Positions 41,466 to 54,467 are shown, numbered from the stretch's first letter. The stretch is 64,000 nucleotides of DNA from Eledone cirrhosa (GCA_964016885.1 OZ024760.1:23622001-23686000); one strand, 5' to 3'. Made by a program: numbers and translations. Notes: generated by a model from the sequence alone, not told the origin.

Positions 41466-41592
41466 CACACATAAACACACACACACATATATATATATAT
41501 GTGTGTGTGTCTATATATATATATATATATGTATACATATATATATGCATATATATATATATATATACACACAAAGATATATATATATATAT

Positions 41593-41639
<47 letters not shown>

Positions 41640-41664
41640 TATATATATGCATGTATATATATAA

Positions 41665-41737
<73 letters not shown>

Positions 41738-41800
41738 TATATATATGCATGTATATATATAAATACATATATATGTATATATATATATATATATATATGC

Positions 41801-41881
<81 letters not shown>

Positions 41882-41891
41882 TGTATATATA

Positions 41892-41937
<46 letters not shown>

Positions 41938-41986
41938 TATATATATATATATGTGTGTGTGCATATATATATATATATATATGCAC

Positions 41987-42017
<31 letters not shown>

Positions 42018-42904
42018 CATATATATATATATATATAAACGTTTGTATTTGTAAAGCCATACATACATATATATACTTATATATATATGTATGTATGTAT
42101 ATACGTATATATATGTATGTATATATATATATATATGTGTGTCTGTCTGTGTGTTTACATGTTTGTATGCGATAATGTGCACGTGTCTTTTCTGTGTTAT
42201 GTGCATGGGTGGATGTATGTATCTCTACTTGTGTATATGTCTGTGTATGTGTGTGTATGTGTGTGTATGTGTGTGTATGTGTATGTATATGTGTGTGTAT
42301 GTGTGTGTATGTGTGTGTATGTGTGTGTATGTGTGGGTATGTGTATGTAACCGTGTGTATATGTGTGTGTATGTGTGTGTATGTGTGTATGTGTGTATGT
42401 GTGGTATGTTATGTGTGTGTGTGTATGTGTGTGTATGTGTGTCTATCTGTGTGTATGTGTGGGTATGTTTATGTATGCGTGTGTGTGTATGTGTGTGTAT
42501 GTGTGTATGTGTGTGTATGTGTGGGTATGTTTATGTATATGTGTGTGTATGTGTGTGTATGTGTGTGGATGTGTGGGTATGCTTATGTAACTGTGTGTAT
42601 GTGTGTGTATTTATGTGTATGCGTGTATGTGTGTGTATTATGTGTGTAGGTGTGTGTAAGTTTGTATAACCGAATCTATATACGTGTCGTGTGTATTTCT
42701 GTACTTGTGACCTTTTTTAATATGCAAAAAATGTTAGTCTTAAAAAAATTACATTTGTAAAATCGTCATGCATCATTAGTGACTGCATCTGACGTACTTG
42801 GTTTATTGCGATTTATGCAGTGCTGGATATAATTAGGTATAACAAGCAGAAACGGCAATAAGTTAGGAAATAAATACAACAAAACAAGAAAACATTACAA
42901 TGCA

Positions 42905-44292
42905 TTAATGTCTGGTGGATTTTAGTGCTGAGAAAACTGAGACACTCATCCTCTCAAGAAAACCTCTACTCTGGTGCACTCTACATGTAAATGGAGTTTC
43001 ACTGAAGCAGGGTGAGGTGTTCAAGTATATCGTGTCCCTCCTCACGTGAGATGGAAAGCAGGAGGCTGAATTAAGTGCAAGAAATGCAGCAGGCTGAATT
43101 AGGTTCAAGAAATGCAAGAGGCTGAATTAGGTTCAAGAAATGCAAGAGGCTGAATTAGGTTCAAGAAATGCAGCAGGATGAATTAGGTTCAAGAAATGCA
43201 AGAGGCTGAATTAGGTTCAAGAAATGCAGCAGGCTGAATTAGGTTCAAGAAATGCAAGAGGCTGAATTAGGTTCAAGAAATGCAGCAGGCTGAATTAGGT
43301 TCAAGAAATGCAAGAGGCTGAATTAGGTTCAAGAAATGCAGCAGGCTGAATTAGGTTCAAGAAATGCAAGAGGCTGAATTAGGTTCAAGAAATGCAGCAG
43401 GCTGAATTAGGTTCAAGAAATGCAAGAGGCTGAATTAGGTTCAAGAAATGCAGCAGGCTGAATTAGGTTCAATAAATGCAAGAGGCTGAATTAGGTTCAA
43501 GAAATGCAGCAGGCTGAATTATGTTCAAGAAATGCAAGAGGCTGAATTAGGTTCAAGAAATGCAGCAGGCTGAATTAGGTTCAAGAAATGCAAGAGGCTG
43601 AATTAGGTTCAAGAAATGCAGCAGGCTGAATTAGGTTCAAGAAATGCAAGAGGCTGAATTAGGTTCAAGAAATGCAGCAGGCTGAATTAGGTTCAAGAAA
43701 TGCAAGAGGCTGAATTAGGTTCAAGAAATGCAGCAGGCTGAATTAGGTTCAAGAAATGCAAGAGGCTGAATTAGGTTCAAGAAATGCAGCAGGCTGAATT
43801 AGGTTCAAGAAATGCAAGAGGCTGAATTAGGTTCAAGAAATGCAGCAGGCTGAATTAGGTTCAAGAAATGCAGCAGGCTGAATTAGGTTCAAGAAATGCA
43901 GCAGGCTGAATTAGGTTCAAGAAATGCAAGAGGTTGAATTAGGTTCAAGAAATGCAGCAGGCTGAATTAGGTTCAAGAAATGCAAGAGGCTGAATTAGGT
44001 TCAAGAAATGCAGCAGGCTGAATTAGGTTCAAGAAATGCAGCAGGCTGAATTAGGTTCAAGAAATGCAAGAGGCTGAATTAGGTTCAAGAAATGCAGGAG
44101 CTCATGCATCAATTCGCCAGCTTCAGCATTCAGGAATCAGAAGAAGGGAGACGGGCGTAAAGGCCATAACCCGCTATCTTCAATTCGGTTTTTGTGTCAA
44201 CCTTTCTCTATGATCATGAATTTTGGGTAATGACCGAAAGAATATGAACTTTATTACAAACGGCCGAAATTGGATTCCTCCGAACGGTCTTT
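42905..44292 (+). pseudogene. RTE (Expander-like) LINE fragment split by a satellite
   Basis: Left: SAEKTETLILSRKP..LHVNGVSLKQGEVFKYIVSLLT*DGKQEAELSAR. Right: AIFNSVFVSTFLYDHEFWVMTERI*TLLQTAEIGFLRTV. The two parts are collinear RT thumb sequence. Confidence 0.85.
43064..44098. repeat. 28-bp satellite, ~37 units, mostly alternating to form a 56-bp higher-order unit
   Basis: GGCTGAATTAGGTTCAAGAAATGCA followed by AGA or GCA, mostly in alternation. Confidence 0.97.
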
Positions 44293-44348
44293 CGAGTAGC
44301 ATTCCTCGATACACTGCGTTCCTCGATATACTGCGTATCTCAATTAAA

Positions 44349-44399
44349 TTTTATTATACATATTTCGGAGGTACAACAGTACGTCCTCATCAGACAAAA
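44349..44399 (-). ncRNA. Type I hammerhead ribozyme (PLE-like insert ~44340-44580)
   Basis: TTTTGT-CTGATGA-GGA C GTAC TGTT GTAC C TCC-GAAA-TATGTA-TA-ATAAAA: canonical core with all three stems pairing. Confidence 0.8.
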
Positions 44400-44575
44400 C
44401 ATAATGATACATGTAATACCGTGAGATGTTAAATGGTTAAGATTAAATCAAGGTAGTGATTAACCTAAGAGAAAACTCAACAGTTATACTCTAATAATAA
44501 TAAATTCACTGTAGAGTGCTTCCAATCTACTGTAAAACTCATTCTTTGATGTACTCATTGAATCTTGTTTAACTC

Positions 44576-44644
<69 letters not shown>

Positions 44645-44672
44645 ATCAAAAGATGGTTAAAAGAGTTCCATG

Positions 44673-44743
44673 TATTTTATTATGCGCATTTCAAAAACAA
44701 ATATCATCATGCAATAACATTTGCGTTTTCGTCAGATAAAATA
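44673..44743 (-). ncRNA. Type I hammerhead ribozyme, left arm of fold-back element 44642-45010 (family 4)
   Basis: TATTTTAT-CTGACGA-AAAC GCAAATGTTATT GCAT GATGATATTTGT TTTT-GAAA-TGCGCA-TA-ATAAAATA. Confidence 0.85.
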
Positions 44744-44813
44744 GGGAGACATGATATGACGGTTAACATACACTTGTGAATAGTGCAGTTTAAATCAACA
44801 TATCATGCCTCCC

Positions 44814-44884
44814 TATTTTATCTGACGAAAACGCAAATGTTATTGCATGATGATATTTGTTTTTGAAATGCGCATAATAAAATA
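44814..44884 (+). ncRNA. Type I hammerhead ribozyme, right arm (family 4)
   Basis: Exact inverted copy of 44673-44743: 8-bp stem I, palindromic TGCGCA stem III, AUA cleavage triplet. Confidence 0.85.
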
Positions 44885-45013
44885 CATGGAACTCTTTTAA
44901 CCATCTTTTGATCTTATATATTATTTATACTCCAGTCCTACAAACTGTAGAGTGCTTCTTATCCGATATCTGCATTGCTTTATTGTACTACAATAAAACT
45001 CACCTCCTACATT

Positions 45014-45067
<54 letters not shown>

Positions 45068-45384
45068 GAGAGAGACCTGACACCCGGCAACGAATTTTGG
45101 ATCTCTGTGTAGATGGATGCAACTGACATTGGTCATTGAAGTACTTTGGCTCACCTCATGTTTCTCATGAGAAGGAAGTCATGTCCTTACATGGCATCAC
45201 TCTTTAAGTAGAGGAATTCTTGGGCAGCTGGTTCATTGCATTATTTTATATTACTGGCGACTTGAACGTATCTAAAGTAGCTGGGTTTTTCACTCTCTTT
45301 ATTTTTCATGACATTACGTGTGTATCTCGATTTTGTTGTTGTTACAGTTAAAATGTTTGTGGAGGTGGCTAGTTGTTTTGTTGA

Positions 45385-46330
45385 TGTGAAGGCTGTTGGG
45401 TTTTGTTTTTGTTGTTATTTATGTGGTTGTGTATGTGGCTTTTTTTTTTTGTTGTGCTTGGGGAGATGGGGGCATTTTTGTTGGTGTTGCTGAGTGGTTG
45501 TGGTGGTGGCGGGTGTTTTGTTGTTATGAAGGCTGTTGGGTTTTGTTCTTGTTGTTATTTATGTGGTTGTGTATATGGCTTTTTTTTGTTGTGCTTAGGG
45601 AGATGGGGGCATTTTTGTTGGTGTTGCTGAGTGGTTGTGGTGGTGGCGGGGCTTTTGTTGTTATGAAGGCTGTTGGGTTTTGTTCTTGTTGTTATTTATG
45701 TGGTTATGTATGTGGCTTTTTTTTGTGGTTGTGGAGATGGGGGCACTTTTGTTACTGTTGTTGATGTGGTTGTGATTGTGGTGGGTGTTTTGTTGTTGTG
45801 AAGGGTGTTGGGTTTTGTTCTTGTTACTGTTGTTGATGTGGTTGTGGTGGGTGTTTTGTTGTTGTGAAGGGTGTTGGGTTTTGTTCTTGTTGTTATTTAT
45901 GTGGTTGTGTATGTGGCTTGTTTTTTGTTGTGGTTGTGGGGATGGGGGCATTTTTGTTGGTGTTGTTGAATTGGCGGTGGCGGGTGTTTTGTTGTTGTGA
46001 AGGGTGTTGGGTTTTGTTGTTCTTCTTCTTGTTTATGTGGTTGTGTATGTGGCTTATTTTTGGTTGTGGTTGTGGAGATGGAGGCATTTTTGTTGCTGTT
46101 GTTGATGTGGTTGTGGTGGTGGCGGGTATTTTGTTGTTGTGAAGGCTGCTGGGTTTTGTTCTTGTTGTTGTTTATATGGTTGTGTATGTGGCTTGTTTTT
46201 TGTTGTGGTTGTGGAGATGGGGCCATTTTTGTTGCTGTTGTTGATGTGCCGGTGGCGGGTGTTGTGTTGTTGTGAAGGCTGTTGGGGTCTGTATTTATTG
46301 TTGTGGTTGTTGGTTTTTTTTATTATTGTT
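45385..46330. repeat. GT/GTT-rich minisatellite, unit ~137 bp
   Basis: TGAAGG(C/G)TGTTGGGTTTTG..TTATTTATGTGGTTGTGTATGTGGC..GAGATGGGGGCATTTTTG recurs about 7 times. Confidence 0.9.
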
Positions 46331-46974
46331 TATGTGGTTCTGGAGATGGGTGTATTTGTATTGCTGTTGATGATATAGCTGTGGAGGTTAAGGTGGATAT
46401 TCCTGTTTTTTGTTGTAGGTTTTTCTATTTTGTTTTTCCTTTCGTTATGTCGTGCAAATTTATGTTTTCGGAAACCAAACTGCAAATGTCTGTACTTGCG
46501 AATGTCTGTTACTTTCATTGTCTTATATTTTTCTTTCTATTTATCTTTCCTTTCCTCCTTTTTTCTTTTCTCTGATTCGAATTCGTGTATTTCGTGTATT
46601 CAAACATTAATAGACTGCTCTCTTTTAAAGGTGTGAATTCACTTTTCCTCCTACTTCATTTTATTTTCAGTAACATTTACTACACCTCCAGTAGAGGAAA
46701 CCGTATGGAAAATTATTGCAAACGCAACACAATTTCGTAAAGAAAGAAACAAATGTAGTGTAATTTCTAAGACACGACTGTTGCTTGTCTTAAATATTCC
46801 TCGTATAGAAGTGCTGACATTCAGATGTTCTCTGTTTGTAAAATAACCCAACAAGGAAATCAAGAACGTGCACATACGCCATAACTCAACCAAAATTTCC
46901 GCGACACTTCTGCACACGACCAACACAAAAACTAATACTTTGCAATATATTAAGAACTATTATTTTAAATAAGG

Positions 46975-47163
46975 GCCGTGGATTTTCAATATCGGTAGAG
47001 GGTCGGACGCCATTCTTTGCAGCAAAGGGGTACGGCCCTTGCCATTCTGAGTTCAAATCCCGCCTAGGTTAACTTTGCCATTCATCCTTACGGGGTCGAT
47101 AAAATAAAGTACCAGTAATGCACTGGGAAATTGCTGGCCTTGTACCAAAAGTAGAAACAATTA
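46975..47163 (+). mobile_element. tRNA-derived SINE, full length
   Basis: Matches 22227-22416 and 40081-40228. Confidence 0.9.
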
Positions 47164-47394
47164 TTTCAACAATTCGTCTAACATATTTACATCTCTCTTG
47201 TTACTCTCTTTCTCTTTCTCACTATCTCTCTCTATATCTCTCTTTCTCACTATCTATCTATCTATATCACTCTCTAACTATCTATCTTTCTATCTATTTA
47301 TCTGTCTATCTATCTCCATCTCTCTCTCTTTCTCTGACATTCTCTCTCCCTCGCTCTGTCTCTCTCACTCACTCTCTATCTATCGATCTATGTC

Positions 47395-47471
<77 letters not shown>

Positions 47472-47564
47472 ATATCTATCTATCTCTCTTTCTTTCTGTC
47501 TCTATCTATCTATCTATCTATCTATCTCACAATTTCTCTCTCTTTCCCTCTCCTTTTCTCTGAC

Positions 47565-47633
<69 letters not shown>

Positions 47634-47727
47634 TATATCTCAATCTCACTCAATCTATCTATTCTATCAGTTTCTTTCTCACCCCCTCTCTCTCTCTTTC
47701 CCTCCCTTTCTCCCGCTCTACCTTACC

Positions 47728-47822
<95 letters not shown>

Positions 47823-48122
47823 AACGTTGTTCCGTTTATCATCACATGCATTCTAACACATTTGTATAAGTTTTATTTTCTCTACAATAGACCCTCGTGG
47901 ATACGATGAAAAAAAAAATATTTACAATATTAATAGTAATAATTCTAGTAAAGTTAATAACAATAAAAATAATGATAATAATAATGATAAAATATTTATT
48001 AGATTTTTCATTATTAATATTTTTCTCATTATTAATATTTTTCTCATTATTATTTTATTATAATTAATATTAATGCAAATCATTGTTGTTCAACTCATTA
48101 TTACTATTACTATTATTATTGT

Positions 48123-48170
<48 letters not shown>

Positions 48171-48362
48171 CACTACTGTTGTTGTTCTTGTTAGTGTGGC
48201 TTTATATTTGTCTGTTAACACTATGTAAATACAATCCTTATCACGCGTTCATTGAATTTAAATGAATGGTACAAAATATAATGAAGGCTACTTGGTGCGG
48301 AAGAAGAGAGAATGGATATATGTATATGTGTATGTCTGTGTTAGTGTGTGTGTGAGAGAGTG

Positions 48363-48404
<42 letters not shown>

Positions 48405-48474
48405 TATATATATATATATACACATATATATATATATATAATTATATATATATATATGTATATTCATATATATG

Positions 48475-48561
<87 letters not shown>

Positions 48562-48867
48562 GTTATGGAATACTCTTAGCTTCTCGCTACAACAATTTCT
48601 ATACTTTTCATTTATATTTATATATATATATATATAATATATGTATATTCATATATATGTATATATATATAATATATATATATATGTATATTCATATATA
48701 TGTATATATATATAATATATATATATGTATATTCATATATATGTATATATATATAATATATATATATGTGTATTCATATATATGTATATATATATAATAT
48801 ATATATATGTATATTCATATATATGTATATATATAATATATATATATGTATATTCATATAAATGTAT

Positions 48868-48898
<31 letters not shown>

Positions 48899-48906
48899 GT
48901 GTACTC

Positions 48907-48940
<34 letters not shown>

Positions 48941-48997
48941 ATGTATATTCATATATATGTATATATATATATATTCATATGTGTGTATGTATGTATG

Positions 48998-49040
<43 letters not shown>

Positions 49041-49054
49041 CGAGAGAGAGATTG

Positions 49055-49092
<38 letters not shown>

Positions 49093-49529
49093 ATGTGTGT
49101 ATATAGTGTATATATATATATATATTCATATTTATATATTATCTGTACACCGGGAATCTATTTGCATTGAGCTTGATATCAATGGATGTCGTGTGAACAA
49201 TATTCTCTGTCGGTTGCTCTCAGGTTTTTATTCTTTTCTCCTTTAATCCGTTGACATACACGAGATTTCATTTCCATCGTAATCTTCTTCGCCGTAGTTA
49301 AGTCAACATTACTAATATAGTTAATGCTTGGAAGTATGAATATTTAATTAGAGATAACTATGCAATGAGCAAAAAACAACATTTATCAAAAATTTAACGA
49401 ATTATTTTGTTTCTCTTAAGCCAAAACTTATTCACTAAGCTGGAGCTTATCTCGGGATACAATGTGATATTAAGGGCTATATAAATGTGTATATGAAGCT
49501 AGTCCGTTGCAAGTTTAATCCTGAGCTAT

Positions 49530-49935
49530 TTGTTACAGCGTTTTACGTTCTGAGTTTAAATCCCACACAGGTCGATTATTGCCCTTCGTGCTTGCAGGGT
49601 CGATTAAGTACTAGTTTTGTACTAGGGTCCATAAGCCCGACTTTCATTTCTCCTCAAAGTTGTGACCGTTGTACCTAAATCAAAAATGATATTATCTCAT
49701 TAATGGAGCATACGCTTCACCGAACTTGCCGAATCAGTGACCAAATAATCTCTAAGTATAATACAAGGTCGTACCTAGCTGGCAGCGAATTGGCTGAGAA
49801 GGGGAAGCTTTGACTGAATCATTAGAACAGCAAATAGATTATCTTGTGTTGTATGTTCCGTCTGTCTGTACACGGAGTTCTAATCCCACCTTGGTCGACT
49901 TCGACTTTTATAGATTTGACGTAGATGGAATAATG
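49530..49935 (+). mobile_element. Two old, degenerate SINE copies (similar relics at 51138-51300 + and 63470-63650 -)
   Basis: TTTACGTTCTGAGTTTAAATCCCAC..GGTCGA..GGGTCGATTAA and GGAGTTCTAATCCCACCTTGGTCGACTTCG. Confidence 0.6.
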
Positions 49936-49949
49936 TAGGAATACATGGT

Positions 49950-50582
49950 CTTTCGCTGGTGGAACTCGTATAGATTATCTCGAGATATTTTGCAGTTCTT
50001 TTTATCCGGCTCTTTGATATTTCACTGGTGGAATTCGTATAGATTATCTCGAGATATTTTGCAGTTCTTTTTATCCGGCTCTTTGATATTTCACTGGTGG
50101 AATTCGTATAGATTATGACGACATATTTTCACTATTTTTATGCGGCTATTTGGACTTTCCCTGCTGGAATTCGTATAGTTTATGATGAGGTATTTTGCCG
50201 TATCTTTTCCTGGCTATTATGTTTTTATCCGTCTATTTGGGTTTCCACTGGTGAAAGTCATACCGATTATGACTATATATTTTCAGTGTTTTTATCTGGC
50301 TATTTGGTATTTTATTGGTAGAATTCCTATAGATTATGACGAGGTTTTTGCAGTATTTTTTCCTGGCTATTTGGTCTTTCCCTTGTGGAGTTCCTAAAGA
50401 TTATGACGAGGTTCTTGCCGCATTTTTATCCAGCTATTTGATATTTTACTGGTGGAATTCGTATATATTATATCGAGAAATTTTTCATCATTTTCATCCG
50501 GCTCCTTTCTCTATCACCGGTGAAATTCGTATATATTATGTCGAAAATCTTTGCAATATTTTTATCGGGTTCTTTGATATTC
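49950..50582. repeat. 69-bp tandem repeat, ~9 progressively diverged units
   Basis: CTGGTGGAA(T/C)TCGTATAGATTAT at 49956, 50025 and 50094, with degenerate copies after. Confidence 0.9.
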
Positions 50583-52012
50583 TGTGCCGAAAACAAACAA
50601 AAAATAAACAGTGTGGCCAGACAGAATGAGATATGATCCACCAGCTTTTGTTGCCTTCCACTTACGAGCAATTGGTCAACTTGGGGGCCATAGTTGAACC
50701 ACCGTTGTCCAAGTTTCCACGCAGTATGATGGAGCCCGTAACAACACAATTGCTACGCTATCTTAGTTTAACTGACTGCTCCTGAAGTGATATAGATAGA
50801 ATAGCAATTTATCAATTGACCAATGAAAGTACTCCGTATTGATTTATTGATTTTGTTTTTCCACTAGAATAATAAAATTCGATAATTATTTAAAACAATA
50901 TCTAATATATTAAAATTAATTGCCCGTGGCGAACGAATTTTGTGATAAAAAAAATAATTATCTAAAATGAAATGAATAAATAGCATGAATTGATGAGCGC
51001 CATTTGTGTTGTTGTTGTTTAATAAGACTTAGGTCAGTGCTGATTGAACAGACCTTTGAAAACCTATGACCAAAGCAATCAAGCCGTGACCATCCAATCT
51101 GTTTTTGTCGATTAATGTCTATATGTTGTCTAATGCATGGGCGTCGAATTGGCAAACGGGTTAGAACGTCATGTGAAATGATATATATAGTTATTAATAC
51201 CGTTTCTCTCAGCTCTGAGTTCGAATCCCACTTTGGTCAAAGTTGATATATACTGACGTGGGTATATTGGGGTGGCTAAACAAAAATACAAGTCCTGTAC
51301 TGGTGTCATTTATTCTTCTATCTATCTTTCTCGATTTCTTTCTATCCATCGTGTTCTCTCTCTCACTCTGGCTCACTTTCATATATATGTATATATATAA
51401 TTATATATGTACATATACTTATACACACACACACATACACACACACACATATATATATATACATATATATATAATATATACGTATGTATATAAAGTATAT
51501 ATACATACGTTATATGTATATAACTGTGTTCATTTTTCTTTTATATACTATTATAATATATGGCTCGGAAATATCTCTTTCTCAGAGCTATTTCTTTGTA
51601 AGAGACTATTTTGAGTTCCTAACTCAATATATACCTTTGATATATATATATATATCTGATATATATATATTATTTCTGAAGACGGCATATGTATGTGTTG
51701 GTATGTATATTCTATTTGATAGTTTGTATAATTTTGTATAATTTTGTACATAGATCTTTTGAATAGTCATGCCAATTCTAACACATATATGTCCTAGAAA
51801 CGATCGTTAAATAATGAACTTTTTTTGTTTAATATAAGGAACTGTTTCATTGTTTTATTCATTATTTTTTTAATATTCTATCTTGACTCTGTATTCCGTT
51901 TATCTTTCACCGAAAGTGATTTTTGAATGCATCTCTTCTTTCCATGATATCCGAATTACATTGAGTTCTTCATACGGATTGGACACAACCGTAAACTTTT
52001 GGTAGATTTATC

Positions 52013-52062
<50 letters not shown>

Positions 52063-52065
<3 letters not shown>

Positions 52066-52204
52066 GTAGAATACTGGTGGATTATATCCGTAGTAGTAGA
52101 ACACTCAGTCTATGGGACGAGTTTGGTAGAAGTTCCACAACAGTTAGTAGTTCACCATACCGAGAACAATTGTTCTCGGTATGGTGAACTAACTGTTGTG
52201 GAAT

Positions 52205-52205
<1 letters not shown>
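52063..52205. mobile_element. Family 3 mini-element with palindrome centred on CAATTG
   Basis: 5' part matches 58105-58176. Inverted arms ~52132-52169 / 52170-52204. Confidence 0.75.
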
Positions 52206-52270
<65 letters not shown>

Positions 52271-52310
52271 ATATATTAATAAATGGAACCTATATTTATA
52301 AAACCATAAT

Positions 52311-52375
52311 TATTTTATTATATATATTTCAAGGGCAACCAAGGCAGCCTTGGTACGCTTTCATCAGATAAAATA
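52311..52375 (-). ncRNA. Type I hammerhead ribozyme, intact arm of fold-back element 52269-52660 (family 5)
   Basis: TATTTTAT-CTGATGA-AAG CGT ACCAAGG CTG CCTTGGT TGCC CTT-GAAA-TATATA-TA-ATAAAATA. The mirrored copy at 52463-52527 has GAAA>AAAA. Confidence 0.8.
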
Positions 52376-52656
52376 CAAAATTTGTTTTATAAATATCCAG
52401 CGAATTTTCAACCGTCAAGGTTGTTTTCCACGTTTATGTCAATATTTATGAAACAAATTTTGTATTTCATCTGATGAAAGCGCACGAAGACTGCCTTGGT
52501 TGCCCTTAAAATATATATAATAAAATAATTATGGTTTTATAAATATAGTTTCCATTTATTAATATATTGAATATTTACTCCAGTATCTGTCGAGTTCTTT
52601 TTAACAGTTATAAACTTTTAAGTTTGTTGGAATCCCAACAAATTAAATATAACTTC

Positions 52657-52711
<55 letters not shown>

Positions 52712-52715
<4 letters not shown>

Positions 52716-52937
52716 TAAAATAACAGATTAAAGTTTAAGCAAAGAATCGCTGCCTCACCCTTAACGGGATCTTCTGAGTTTCAGAAGATCCCGTTAAGGG
52801 TGAAAGCAGCGATTCTTTGCTTAAACTTTAATCTGTTATTTTAATAAATATTTGCTCTACGGTTCTTATATATTTGATATATATTTTCCTTATCGAGCCC
52901 TCTTTGGATTTTAGTCTTCAATTTTATTATCATTACT
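52712..52937 (+). mobile_element. Fold-back PLE-like family 2 element with variant hammerhead at 52777-52827
   Basis: Two ~67-bp inverted arms centred at ~52779. AGTTT-CAGAAGA-T-CCC GTTAA GGG-T-GAAA-GCA..TGC-TT-AAACT. Confidence 0.75.
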
Positions 52938-53710
52938 ATATATATAAATATATATATATATTAAAACAAAAACAGAAGGCTGGATTGGAGAATGTTCGTT
53001 AGTATTTTACTTCCACGAAAGCACTATACATATTTCGATTATGATGCAAGACAAGGCAATATCATCAGATGTTATATGAAGTATAATGTAATAGGATTGC
53101 TTTGAACAGAAGTTAGAAGAAAAAGTGGACTGATTCGATTCGAGGACAGTCTGCTAATTTGGTGTTTTTTTATCGTTACAGGGCGTTCCCCGAATATATA
53201 TTTCCATCAATCTATCTATATAGCTATCTTTAGCTCTCTGCGCTGGAATATATCGACTGTGTTCAGACATGTAGAGGGGATAGATTGCACTACGTCTATG
53301 ATGCTCACAACAAGCCCAAAACGCGAAACCATGATGAGATATAAAGAATAGCTGAAAATTATACATTTCGTTTTGTCTTTGTTGCGGTTTTTGCGGTATT
53401 TTGTTCTTGTTTTTCTAAATTCCAAAGTCGATTGATCAGACCTATGATGAAATGGAATCTTGTAATTCTCAGAGAAAAAGGAGAGAGAACGAAAGAGATC
53501 GAGAGTGAGTGGGGAGAATAGAGAGTTAGTAGATAACTATGTTGATAGGCAGATATACATATGTGTTTATATATATTTACACGTATAAGCAGCTCGACCG
53601 TGTCACATGTATACACATGCATATTGAATTTCTTTGAAGTATTAATAAAAGCTAACAAAATGATTACATATATATATACATATATATATATACATACACA
53701 CATATATATC

Positions 53711-53741
<31 letters not shown>

Positions 53742-53789
53742 TCATAAAAATATATTTAGCTATGATAAAGTTGTATCTATCGATATATA

Positions 53790-53856
<67 letters not shown>

Positions 53857-53982
53857 CATAACATGTTCGCATAACTTAAATATCTGCATAGGCATGTGTA
53901 CATTGTCTGTGTATATACATGTATACATACATGCATACATATATATATATATATATATATAAATATATATACATATATATAG

Positions 53983-54023
<41 letters not shown>

Positions 54024-54045
54024 TGTATGTATTTATGTATGTATG

Positions 54046-54108
<63 letters not shown>

Positions 54109-54467
54109 AAGAGAGAGAGATAGAGAGAGAGAGCGAAAAAGAGAGAGAGAGTGAGAGACGAAAATATCGATGTGAAGATCAATGAGAAAGTATTAAAAAT
54201 CAAACAGTAAGCGTGGATTTCACAAAAAACTAACGAAACGAAAGAAAAACAAACGAAGAAACATCCAAATCTCACCACTGGGAGTTGACTGTAGCAGATT
54301 ATCTTTACAGACAGAGCGAGTGAGTTCTACGCTAGTATACGTAGTCCTTTGAAATATATATCCATTAATACTTAGAAAAAAAACTACAGAACATAACGTC
54401 GATAAACTTAAAACTATATAAGTAAATATATATCAAATTTCCTATTGAATAGACTACATATATTTAC

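Noticed and set aside
43064-44098. CRISPR array
   Set aside because: 28-bp units are contiguous with no unique spacers, there are no cas genes, and the context is eukaryotic.
46671-46737. Candidate host exons (also the 53181 acceptor, 50666 minus-strand donor, 10848 and 55748)
   Set aside because: Splice-like signals are present, but I recognise no protein similarity or consistent frame; transcript data would be needed.
49950-50582. CRISPR-like repeat-spacer pattern
   Set aside because: The intervening segments are homologous to each other, so this is a decaying tandem repeat.
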